Source: Craspedostauros australis (Eukaryota). From it: a DNA stretch of 55,108 nt. Position numbers and translations under genes: made by a program. Where the stretch lies: assembly GCA_030167865.1 (NCBI GenBank), contig JALAGF010001711.1, forward strand, positions 1 to 55,108. Reading direction: 5' to 3'. The notes beneath the pieces are model-generated. The model saw nothing but the letters and a program-made list of their open reading frames with translations, had not been told where the DNA came from and made no database searches. Below are positions 22,755 through 35,223 of the stretch, piece after piece. Position 1 is the stretch's first letter. Each line of letters starts with the position of its first letter.

Positions 22755-25700
22755 TTGAGCATGACGGCATCGTGCGATTTCGACGAATAGAAACAGATAC
22801 TGTGGGGAGGTAGATGGAGTACTCGCATCGACCAGTGTGAGCCATGCATGCTGGGAGTATTCTCCACAGCGGCGTATGGTGCCGCGCTCATGTGACTGCT
22901 ATGCCTTGCGCTTGTTCTAGTCGCAAGCGTGCCACGCTGGCATGACCGCACCATAAAATCGCGTTTCAAGACAGCCCAACTGCGAGTTTGTGGTATGCGT
23001 GACTTTGATGTTGAGTGTGTGTGGAGTCTGGAGCCATCATCCATGAACCAAACGAAGAGCGAACGTCCCGCCTCCAACCCTGTGGGCCCTCTTGTACGTG
23101 ATCTCGCCCTTGGTGAAGAACACGACCGACCAAACGTCGAGTACTCGCAAGATCAATCTTCGATTCATCCGTGTTCCTCCTGTTGTTGCCTTTCTTGCCC
23201 CACGCCATCTTCCGAAATACAATCGGGATGGTAGGCATTCTGTTCTTTCGTCGACGACTTCTCCGGGTGGACGGTGGTCGTCACATTTCGAGCACGAATA
23301 TGCGATGTATAACACGAACTACCTGCATACCATACGCGTGCAGCAGAGAAGGACAGAGTAGATCGCACTTGTATCATACGTACCATATATATAAGACCAT
23401 ACATGTTCGCAGAATGAAATACTCCAGAGCAGAAAAATTAGTATAAAACGCTGTGTACGCGCTATTTTGGTTGGGTTTGATTTGATTTGGGTGCTGGTGT
23501 GGGCTCGTTTCTCGTCGTTCGCCTCCACCATGGGAGGGTCAGCACAACCTGTTGGCGAAGTCGAGATCCGCCGTCTCATTCGCTCACGAACGAAGCAGAC
23601 AGAAAGTCGCCCAGTGTCACCCGCCCACGCCCCCACCTCGACCACAACCTGCAAGGGCTGAACAAGGTCTCACAAGGCCGCACATGCCCCACCAAATCCT
23701 GTGGGGCTTGTCCAGCAACTTCGCAACTTCGCCTGGAGGAATGTCTTCATGACTAGCCACATCTCGCGAACGGCGACCTCGGGCCAAACGGCGCAACAGC
23801 ACACCTGGCGACTGCGCGAAAAGGGAAACCGCGAGGACAATGTAATTTAACAGATAGCTGTGACGAGCACACAAAGGCATCCAAGCTCTCTGCGCGCCAT
23901 CAACAGAGAACCAACTGCAGCCAAACCCGTGTACATGCAACGATGAAAGCATCAAAATCTCCTGTTCCTCTTGATGTCTGACTTCCTTGGTCGACGGATC
24001 ACGTTTTGAGAATCTTGTGGCTGTATTTGCATAACACTAGGATGCTCAGACGTAGCTATTCTATGTCTGATGTTTGGTGTTTGGTGTCTGGTATAGTCGT
24101 ATGATGTTCGCGGTTGTACCAGTATGCACTCTGCTCGTACAAAGTACATATCATAGAGCAAAGTAGAGTATTTCAATCCGTTCCGTGTTCTTGTGGCGTG
24201 ACGCCATGCGATGCGCTTCGACGAAAACTGTTTTGCCACATAGAGTACAGGGCAACGAGAGGCAAGGGACAGCAAAAGTTGTCTTCCGGATGACCGCGAG
24301 TCGGAAGCCCAAAAACCGGTCTGGATGGGCCCGCCATGTCCGAACAAAGACGGCGAGGACCAAGTTTGGAAACGCCAACACTCGCATCAGTGTTTGTAGC
24401 TCTCGCCCAACCGTGGAAATGCGACACGAGAGGCCTTGCGACCGCCCTTCTGCCCCCAAATCGCAACAAGGGACACTTGCTCCTCCTCAAATGACCCATC
24501 AACGGCGAGCCAATCCAGCCCACAACGTTCAAGTGCTGTGACATGATGTAGCTCAGAAGTCTACGATTAGTCGCAGGATGCCTCACATTTCACAAGCCAA
24601 GTGCTCACGAGTGCGCATGATACCAAACGAGCTATGCGTACGAGCTATGACGCTTGCAGGCACCGCCATTGTACCGTACCATACCATACCATACGCATAC
24701 TCGTATGAGCTACTCGTAGAATCCTTTGATGAGTGGTCCTACTCGTACGACTACATCCTCGTATGTATGGCACGATCAGACCAGCGTTCTTTCTTGGCAA
24801 GTCTGCGTTCTTCTTCATGCGATACCGACAATACAGCAACAAGACGAGGATCGGCTGTGATACCGCACGAATACGAGTATCGTTCTCGGACGAGTTCTGG
24901 TACTTAGTCGTACCTACGATCAGAGCAACTTCATTTCGTTTGTACCGAATGTCGTGGACACAGCACTCGCAATCGCGCTGTCCGTCCATTGCACGACCAT
25001 GATCGTCGCCTTGGTGGTTCCGAGTGCGTCGACCCCAACCATGATCGCCATCGTCCTGCGAGCACTCCTACTCGCCTCACCGGTCGGGAGGATGACTTTG
25101 GCCGAGCTCGGATTTGGTTGCGGCAAAGCGCTCTCGAGCGATTGCTTCTTGGATGGGCACGACACGGAAGGGAATGTTTCGGAGATGCTCTGTTAGCTTG
25201 CATTATGATGGGTCCTCCAATACACCTGCATACGATGTACTCGTACAGACTCGACTCTGCCAATACAATACTTCACATCAAGCAAGAGCAAGAGCAAGAC
25301 CGCGAGATGAGATGAGAGGACTGAACTATCCGGCGGGTGGTGAGGCTCATTTGGGTCCACAGACCGAGCATCTCGCACCTTTAGTCGTATATCTTTCGGG
25401 CGAGTATCCGCGTTCCTGGCTGATCGCGGAGTTCTCGCTGCCGTATCGGGCGCTGAATCAGCGATGTCACTGTGTCTGAAGTCAACGAGACTGCTTCCCA
25501 ACGCAAGACGAAGCTTCAGATGACTGACATCGATGTGCCCTGATGCATCTTCCTGGTCTTGCTCTCTCTCTCTATCTATCTATCTTTCTATCTTTCTGCA
25601 TCTCAATCTGCGCCTACGCTTGCCTCTGGGAGACGAAAGCGCAGCGGCATTGGTGCTGGCATTGGTGGCAACATGATTGACGGAAAGAGCCATATCGCAA

Positions 25701-27291
25701 CAGGTATCCCAGTCACATGCCTCGGCATGAGCATGATATAATGGATCACAATCATCATATAATATGTCGATCAGATGTGTCGGTGCCGATCGAAATGGCG
25801 CAGATCTTACCAAAGCTGTGCACACGAGTCAGCACGGTGAGATGAAATGAAAGGAGGGTGTCACGCTACGCGAGCATGAGCATGAGCATGAGCATGTGGA
25901 TGTGTGAGCACCAACCAGAGTCTCGCTCGCTGAGTGGACTGCAGATTGATTGAGCCTCGCTTACCATACACACTCAAGCTGGCATGCAAGTACAACACAA
26001 CACAGTTCAAGTGTCGCCACGCAGCGCAACAAACCCATGACCGATCTGGTAGCAGCAAAGCACTTTTACTTGCCTTGCCCTGCATCAAAGGAATGTTCAA
26101 CACCGACTGCATAATCGTACCAGTAGTTGAAGGTGATACGAAGGGATTCGTGCGCCGATTCACCGAAGAACGTCGCAAAGAAATCCAGAAGGGTAATCGT
26201 GATGTGGCATACATTCAGAATTCATCCGCCGTCAGTAGTCGTAGACCTCCGAGAAGCTCGTATGACGCCAAAGATGTTTGTCTGAGCCATGATCTTGGCG
26301 CCATCCGGATGCAGCGGACCCGACCAAGAACGTCGACCGTCCTTCAGCAACCCAAGAGGTACTCTGAGCGCGATAGTGAATGAATGCAACATCTCAGTCC
26401 ATTGCGCACAGGTCCAACCAAGAGGCACACAAGCCCCAGTAGGTACGAGGTATTACTGAACGAGAACCAAGAATCAAGGAAGCCCCACACAAAGCACAAA
26501 CAGACGGCGGGTACTCGTGCGCCAGGCGCAGAAGAATGGCACGGAGATAGAGACAACGTTTACTCTGCGACGCAAGCGAGATCTCCAAAGCGATTGCAGA
26601 GTATTTCGGTGAAAGTCATGCGCAGATGGGAGCGCGCCAACAATGTCGTGTCTGCTTGGCTGGCTGCATGCTACGAGTATTAGACTCTGCCAACAAAGCA
26701 AGCCTCTGGAATGGAGGACTCTCTCCACTCTAATCCATCATGTTGCTTGCGCACCGGAAGGTCCACCCGCTCTCATTCATATTCGTTTACGAGCTCAAAA
26801 TGGTCATGGTAATGATGATGGTAATTATATGGTACGAGTATGGTCGATGCATGCGGGATAGTGAAGTTGGTGGAGGATGGTTGACAACAGATCCATGGAA
26901 ACATGTGGGTCACACGAGTCAAAGTACGACTAGCATGATTACAACCGTGTTGGATTGATGATGGGTGACGTCAAACAGAATCCAAAGGAGGCAAACCCAA
27001 CACAAACCAAAACTGCAACATGGATCTGCATACTTCTGGACGCGTAGTAGTACGACTACGGGAAAACAAACAAACACACACAACGACAACGGAGATTGGA
27101 TCCTTGGTCGTCTCGGTTGTGAGAGGCAGTAGCGAGCTCCTCTCACACTATTTCACAATCCCAAACAAATTGCATGCACCATACAAGTTCAGGCACCTTC
27201 GAACAGCTGAAGATCCGACTCCGATCGCATAGATCTGTTGCAAGCATTATATTCCAAGTCTTCGCATCAGCAAGACACTTCGGCGATCACG

Positions 27292-28531
27292 ATGAACCAG
27301 TTGGCATCATTCATCGCGTTCGCATTCTGCGTCATCGCAGGTGATGCATTCTGCGTTCCATCCCACGGTCATGCATGCGGGCAACCGCACATCGCATCAG
27401 CGACAATTGCGAGATCCTCCGTCGCCATGCAGATGGCCAAGAAACGACGACGTCGTCAAAAATCGTCACCGGAATCTCCAGTGACACCATCCACGCCGCC
27501 AGCTTCGGACACTTTCGACGTAGACGACAGCGCGGCCGCCAGCAGCGATCTGCCAGACTTCGAGCTCAAGGACGACGTCAAATCGTCCAAGAAGTCGCTG
27601 TCGAGCCAGATCTCCGTCGTGGGAACGGACGAGGATGGCAACGTCGTGACGGATGTCATGATGGGAAGCTCCACCCAGCCAGTGCGTTCGGTCAAGGACC
27701 TCATCAAGGACCGTTCGTTGGAGAAGAACTTTGTGTTTGATGAAGTCGCGGACGATGGCAGAAAGGACGTGACCAAGTCCATTCCAGATTTCGAGGACTT
27801 CCAAGCCATGGCGGAACCCATCGACGAGTCGGATGTGCCTGCCAAGGAATCAAAGAAGGCCCGTCAAGCCGCACGCAAGGCAAGAGCGCTCAAAGCTCTG
27901 GAGGAGGAGAATCAGACGACGATCTGGGAGAAGATCCCCTTCGTTGTTGATGAAAAGGGCGAAGTCAATCCGATCAAGGTGAGGAACCAACATAGTGCAC
28001 GGTGTGTCAAAAGGAAAAGGGCACTATTGACGGTACAATCATGTTGGGAGAGGACACAGCGATGGTTTGATACGTGAGGTCCGCTGTTGGATGAACTTCT
28101 GTGTCGTTCGTGAAGTGATGCGGCGGTGGAAACAAAGAGTGTGCACTTTGTTTCAGCCGGCGCGTGTCTTGAGATGGGCGATGATGAGGCGAACATGCAA
28201 CTACTGAGAACTCCATCGAGTGTCTGCTTCAGCTTTTCGCAATGTAGGGAAGTCGCCTGCAGTTGCGTATGGTGGGTCTCTTGCAAAATGTCTGCTTTTG
28301 CCGCACAAATGCATCGTCTCACGTTCCTTCTTGTTGCTGCGACACAACCTGTACGGGTACACGTACCTGGATGCCATACTCTTCACATATTGCCTTTGAC
28401 GCTGGCAGTTGCTGGAGGCAGGCGCGTGGGCTGGTATCTTCGCGCTGGTGCTTTGGGAGCTGTACTTGAATTCCCCTCTCTTCGCACGTTCTGCTCCGAT
28501 GGTGCCCGTGGTCTACGACCTCTGGATGTAG
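27292..28531 (+). CDS. Plastid-targeted protein of unknown function with C-terminal transmembrane helix, ~269 aa; exons 27292-27978 and 28409-28531
   Basis: Signal peptide MNQLASFIAFAFCVIAGDA followed by F (ASAFAP-type cleavage). AAG|GTGAGG donor and GGCAG acceptor give an in-frame last exon LLEAGAWAGIFALVLWELYLNSPLFARSAPMVPVVYDLWM*, absent from the ORF track. Confidence 0.8.
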
Positions 28532-29195
28532 ATACAGTACGAGTACCATGGGCAGCAGGAGCTTTCCTTTCTCATCGTGCCACAACTGGCCAAATCCTCA
28601 ATATTCGCGTGGGACAAGTTGGAGCAGCATTCTATGTTTAGTATTTTATGGCAGTATTCCATGACATCGCATCATACTCTACACATGGAGCACATGAACA
28701 TGGTACTTTTCTACATGCATATCATACTTGCACCATGGCGGCAATGAAGGGGACCGGAGTAGCGTTCCTCTCCCTGCGGCAACTCGACCACAGCCGCGGT
28801 ACGCCAGTTGCATGTCGGGCAAGTCAGTGTTCACAATCGCATGGCGTGAACGTTGAAAGTGCAGGCTGCAAGACTAAAGTAGGAAATGCATACCGACATT
28901 GCCATACGGAACCGTTTTACTCTATTGCACTCGTACTGCGAGTACGCTACTATATAATGGTACATCGTGCATATACTAGGCGACTACATGGATACATGCC
29001 AGCGAGCTGCACGCCCCTCGTCTTCGCACTGTTCCAACCCCCTTCAACTACCACACCCTGCTGCCCCGTACTCATCGTGAATGAAAGTAGAAATTAGAGT
29101 AGCGGAGCCGAGCATCCTTCCAGTGCTCTTGTAGTGGAATGCACGACGTTGTTGCCCATGCCCTCAGTAGTTCACCTCCCAAAGGCCTGGTCTTT

Positions 29196-30015
29196 TTACA
29201 ACTCCAGGAAGTCAAGATCCTCCGATGCATTCCATTTAAAGGATTTGTCGGTCTCGGGGACTGGTGAAAAGTCGAAAGATGAGAGGCTTGCATTGTTGTT
29301 GCTGTTGTTGTTGTTGTTGTTGCCCGTGCCGATGGAGTCCATTCCACCGTTCTTGGGTGAGATAACTTGCTGGAAAGAGTTGCCTGGCTCGACGGGCTTG
29401 GGCGGGACCGTTCCACTGGAAACAGAATCGACGGGCAGGACGGAACGGTCGGTCACCTGTGGCGACACGACGTGGCTGCTGCCGTTGGTCTTGGTGGGCA
29501 TGTCGAGGTTGTTCACGCTGCCCAGGGGCACATTGTTGCGCACGGCGTTTGCCATTACGTCTACCAATGCCAGCTGGTCCTGTGGAAACTGCGGTTGTTG
29601 TTGTTGTTGTTGTTGTTGCTGCTGCTGCTGCATTTGCATCGCCTGGATGTTTGGAACTGACGATGATGTGGTGTTTGGGAGCGGCGTGCCCTTTGCGACC
29701 ATTGGCAATCCTGTCAACGGGACGTGCTGCGCCGTTTGCATTGCATCGGAGACGACAGTACTTGTGTTGAGATTGCCCTGCGGCTGCGATTGCATGTTCA
29801 ACCCTGCTTGCAGTTGGGATTGGGCGCCCATTCCTGTCCCTCCTGTTGTTCCGGTTGGATACTGCATCGAGCTGCCATTCATGGAAGGGATTCCCATGGG
29901 CGGCATCAGATTGTTGCCTTGGTTGTTGAGATTGGTGTTGGCCATGTCGATGGGTATGTCACAGGCAGGGAGATCATCAGAACCCATCATCATGAGTGAA
30001 TTGATGTTGTCGCCG

Positions 30016-30058
<43 letters not shown>

Positions 30059-31406
30059 GGTTGCTGCTGTGCAGGCTGCTGTCTAGCGACAGCGCATTGT
30101 TCATCATCATGCTGGTCATGCCCGAGCTACTACCGCCGGTGGCGGCGTTGTTGCTGTGATTGGATGTGGCGCCGATGGCATTCATGCCGTGGCTGCTTCC
30201 ATTGGCCATGCCAGGTGCCATGTTCGCATTGGCGGTTGCCACGCATCGCTGCATGACCTGCCTCACGGCATTTCGCACGATCAGTTTGATCTGATGGCTG
30301 AGGCCCTGCAGGAAGGACTCCATGTTCATTGTGAAGGAAACGTGCGAGAGCTTGTTGGAGTTCCCGTTGGTGTGGAGCGCCGCGTCCATGTAGCCGAAAA
30401 GGTTCCCGTTGGTGTTGACCTGGATGGGACTTGATGGTTCACCAAGGATGCTGATGTCCATGGTCACTTGCTGCGTGATGACCACCATGAAGCCCTGTCC
30501 TGGGATGCACATGAGGGACGATTCGTTGCCGCCGTAGGCCATCTGGAACCGATTGACGATGGTGGTGGCTTGGACGAAGGGTTGCGAACCGTTGGTATCT
30601 CCAGCGGCGTTGCTGTTGCCGTTGGTCCCGCCAGCACCGTCGGCGCCGCTGCTGCCATTCTTAAGCCGCTTCATGGCCAGCAACAAATGCTGCAGTATCT
30701 GCTTCATCGCGAGCCGGTCCATGGCTTGCTGTTGATGTTGGAACCGCTGCTGCTTGGCCTGCTGAGATAGCAGCACGAAGTAGGATCGCAGCCTGGAATG
30801 CAGCAGGGATTGGAACGTGTCATAGATGTTGGAGAGGATGAACTTTGGGATCATGGGGATCTCCATCAGCGATGCGTGCAGCGGTTGCGCCAGGTTGCTG
30901 GCAGCAACCCGTTCCAACGAAGGCTTGTCGTTGTGCTGCTTGGCAGCTGCCGACTCTGGTGAAGATTGGTGTTGCTTGAGGGAGTAGCACGGGAAGGTCC
31001 AGCACTTGGTGCCGTTGCCAGTGTTGGCGCCTCCGTTCATGCCTGCGTTCATGGGGTTTGGGTTGGGCTTGTTCATCGCGGGGGCAGACATGAGGTTGGC
31101 GAGTTGGTAACCAGATCGCAAGCCTGGTGGCTCCTCCAACGCCCCCGTCTGTGGGTTGTAGGTGATGGCGCATGCCATCGACGAAAGGCAGGTCTCCACC
31201 ATGGCACGTTCCGCTGGGGAGGCTGGCATAGTCATTGGCGCCATTGGCGGTTGTTGCTGTTGTTGCACTTGCAAGTGCATCTGCTGCTGCTGCTGCTGCT
31301 GATTGTGTTGTTGTTGATACTGCTGCTGCTGCTGCTGTTGGTATGGGTTCATCTGAAAGCTCTGCTGCTGCGCTTGCGCCTGCTGTTGGTGATTCGATGG
31401 CATCAT
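29196..31406 (-). CDS. Q/N/M-rich low-complexity protein (~736 aa) with a central ordered domain of unknown function
   Basis: Long ORF; first in-frame ATG at 31406 (MMPSNHQQQ). Poly-Q and poly-N tracts flank an ordered segment LSNIYDTFQSLLHSRLRSYFVLL...VSFTMNMESFLQGL. Confidence 0.8.
30015..30056. repeat. (GTT)14 coding microsatellite (poly-Asn on the minus strand)
   Basis: Perfect trinucleotide run read directly. Confidence 0.95.
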
Positions 31407-31421
31407 CGTCACGTGCGTGAT

Positions 31422-31465
31422 GTGTGGTGATATATGGTGATATGTGGTGATGTGTGGTGATATGC
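31422..31465. repeat. 10-bp tandem repeat, ~4 copies (TGGTGATRTR), just upstream of the Q/N-rich gene ATG
   Basis: gtgtggtgatatatggtgatatgtggtgatgtgtggtgatatg read directly. Confidence 0.8.
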
Positions 31466-34400
31466 TTTGTGCGTTTCTGTCCGAGTATGGTGCAACTGGA
31501 TGTCTGTGCTCGTGTCTCCACTCGTGCAGCTGCTGGCGCGCTGTGGGTGCTTCGCTGCGCTGCACTTCAAATCCGGTCTTGGGGGTCCAACCCTCCCGTC
31601 GTGTTTGCAACTGAGGTTGGTGGCGCTGTTTTCTCCTCCAATTCGACACCCGTTTCGCTCCTGATGCCCTCGTTTTTGCTTCTCTTGGTGCGAGTCTCTT
31701 CTCTTGACAGCCTCTTCTTCTTCTCTCTGGACCGCGCTACCGTGGTTGCTTCTATCGTCGTCGCTCTCCTGCCTTTCGCTTCTTCCCTTGCTTCTTTACT
31801 TCCTTGCTCCCCTTCCTTCACCTGCAAGACAGTCACTGCAATGAACACTTGACTTCCTCTCTCTGGGTTCAGATTGTGAGGAACTCTTGTTGAGGCTTTT
31901 GTTGCGGCTGGCGTCTGGTGTTCTGCTCTGTTGCTCGCTCGCTCTCTCTTTCTCTTTCTCCCTTGTCCCAGAATGTGGACACGCAGAGGCAGAACACGAA
32001 AGGGAATCAAGTGACGGTTTCTCGATTGTGCGTGCTCTCTTCGGTTGTGGTGTTGTTTGTGTATTTCCAGCGGTGTGGTTCCTCTGTGCCTTGCATCTCT
32101 TGCGAACGCTTCCTTCTTCTGGGTGCGTTGCGATGGCGTGTGTGGAGTATGGCTTCCGCTTACCCTGCTCGCTGTTTGTCGGTGCATAGCAATGTCAGTT
32201 CTCGTCCAACATGCAATCCACCCACTGTCCGTATGTGTTCTGGGAGAAGCGGTTTGCATATATTTCATGTTGTAATATTTGTTCACGTGGTGCCTGCTGT
32301 CTTGAATCATGTGAATATGCACAACAAGACTCAATAGGGACCACAAAATCCCAATAATTGTGTCGAACATTCATTGACGTTGTCCCCATTCTGGCATTGT
32401 TCGCTCTTCCAGCACGGTAAAGAGGCAGATGACACTCGGCACAAGATGGGAAGAACAACAACAACCACAACAACAGGAGAGAAATAGAAAACAGAAATAC
32501 AAAAGCCTTTCATTCCGCCGACATTGGCACCACGTACAGACTCCGCAAAGAGGATACAGCTAACTTGATTGAGAGGCGGAAAAGCCTGTTCTCATTGAAG
32601 TACAACACTAGCCGTTATTCATATTTAGTGAAACACTGTTAGACTTTATTGTTTTGTACGTTGCAGTGGGATCAATTCCAACGTGAGAGGCAATCATGAA
32701 GAAGGAACCATGATCCGCTGTGGGGATACGAGTGTCGCAAGGGTCATGAGTCCACTCTTGACCCTTTTGTGGGTGACACGAGCGGATGAGTAGAGAATAA
32801 ACGACGAGAGCGCCGACAAGGCGATGCAAGACATAGGGGTCATGTGGTGAGAAGTTGCACGAACGGATGGAGCAAAAGTGACGATGGCGACGCTGCTGTT
32901 GGAGCACCCCAGAGCACGATTTACTCCTCACGGCAAGTGAGAGATGAAACGTCCTCCTCGTGTCGGGGATACTCTGCAGAGGCCGCTGTATTTGTCCGAG
33001 CAGAGCGTTCCTCTGCTCTCTTGGTCTCGTGTGGGTGGTGGGATCAAATGGTGTCCTCCCTCCCTCCATCGATCCATCTATCCACTCGCCCGTCTCTGCG
33101 GCAAGGCTACGAGTACGACATGTACGTTGGTCAGCATGTTGGTCAGCATGTTCGTGGCGTGTGATGGTGTGATGTTGGTCAAGGCACTGACGAGGGAAAG
33201 ATCGTGGGCAGACCGCACGGTGACAGCCACAGCGACGATCTCCGCAAAAACTGCGTCGATCGTCGGCTCTCACAAGCATGCAACCCGACGCAGCAGGTTT
33301 GGAATGGACATGGAGAAAGATGCGAGTGCTCGCTCTTTCCGCACGCCCCCTGCTCCATTTGATCTCCTCGCTAATAAACCCCGTTCATGGTGGTCGTTGT
33401 TGCATCCGCATGAAGGTGTATCGTGTGTGGGATGGCGCCAGATACTGACGATCATTGACACGTCACCGAAAAAGGATGCGTTTTTGGTTGTGGAACGATG
33501 GACGAACGCACTTGACTTACATGCTTGGCTCCTCTGCTGCGGAATGGATAATCGCGGGTACTCTGCCTGTGGAGCGAACGGCTTTCGTGGTCGAAGAGGA
33601 TCGCGAGCGAGCGATTGATGCGCATGTGCGGATCGACCTCATTCCAAGCATGATAGCGCGAAGTCGTGGATACTTGTGCGTGTGTCAATAGCACATCATC
33701 ACATCACGTAGACGGAGCACTTGCCGATACCTCGTGCAGAGGTGATTGATGGCACCAACGAACACCTCGGTTGGGCGCTCGATACGTGCAGTCGGCGCTC
33801 CGTCATGGGTCGGATCGAAGGAAATGGACGAGAAATGAGAAACATCCGGTTTGATGTCGCGTCCACATCCTAGAGGGAGATGTGGCGGCGATGATGATGC
33901 AGTGGAGAAGGCCGAGGCAGAGTGGATGTTGTCTCGGCGCGGCTTTCGTGGCATGATGCTCACCGTGTGGGGGTCGGCACATGCTGCGTGCGTGTGTGAC
34001 ACATGCCCATGATGGTCAGCAATCCCTCTTGCGCAGGTGCTTGTATCGTATCATACTGAAACTGTCAACGATCGCTGCATGGACCGGCTGCTGCTCACAT
34101 CGTGCTGACGGTCTCGATGCATCGCATCGTCTTGCGACCAAGTGCGTGTGTTGGATGCCGTGCGCACAGCGAACGTCCAAGGTTACGCCGAGAAGGCCGC
34201 CTCATCCTTTTGCGGAGGCCGTCGATGTCGCCATTGCAGCACTGCTGTCTTGTTTCTCTCTTGGCAGATGTGCCTGCCAGATTTATGACATCTTCCGCAG
34301 CACATCCCCTCTTGCTCTCTTTTCCCCATGCTGCCTCTGTCGGATGATTTTGCGCTGCCGTTGTTGGGGATTGCAAATTGGTTGGTTGGTGTTGCGGTCC

Positions 34401-35223
34401 ATCGAATCAGATTTGTTTGTTGGTACGTACTGGAACAGGCGTTAAAGCACGAACCAAAAACGGGATTGTGCACGACTCATGAACAATCAAGGTACTTTGT
34501 GAGGCCCCTTAGTGTTCGATTTGGGCGACACGAACAAGACCCCGCAATCAACAACGAACGAAACACGGAAGGGCGAGCGCCTTCATCCGTGTTGTTTTCG
34601 CGACACCGCGACTGATGTGCGACGCAACGGTGCCAAGGATGAGCAGTACCACGCAGTGAGAGGCAAGCCACAAGTATTCGCAACCAAAACTTGCAAAAAC
34701 GAAGCGCACTACTACAACAAACCGCGACGGCGGCGAAAAGCAAGCAATCCCACACACAGAGGAGAGAGAGAGAGCAAGCAAACCAACGAGGAAACAACAG
34801 AGCGAGGGACCAACTGAGCAAAGACATCAAACCAAGCTGAGGACGCAGAGAGTCCAGACGCCAACCGAACCACACAAGAGAGGAGGGGGATCCCGGGAAT
34901 TCAAGACGCACCATCCTGATACATATAACACCAGACAATAGCATACGACTATAATAACATATAATACTCTGCATACGAAGCAAGCGCACACAAGACCAGA
35001 GGCAGAACGGTTTGGGGTTTCACCAAAGCAAGACCACCTCCGCAGATCAGCGCAAGAACACTCGCGAAGGCACACCATCACACAGAGTCCTTCTTCCTGT
35101 ACCGGCTCCACAAACTCCACCAATACTACTATCAATACTACTACCAATACTAATACTGCAGCAGGCAACAACCAGCAGTCAGCACACATAACCACACAAG
35201 AAGACAGAACCGCACATCTGACA

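Noticed and set aside
25934-26383. 149-aa ORF with a short protein-like middle segment
   Set aside because: GTG start, no family recognised, no clear splice structure; at most a fragment.
27979-28408. C/D-box snoRNA in the long intron (ATGATGA...CTGA near 28181-28208)
   Set aside because: Boxes are under 30 nt apart with no terminal stem; a similar pair in the PP2A intron is on the wrong strand.
29134-30159. Poly-Leu/poly-Cys + strand ORF
   Set aside because: Antisense reading of the AAC/CAG microsatellites of the Q/N-rich gene.
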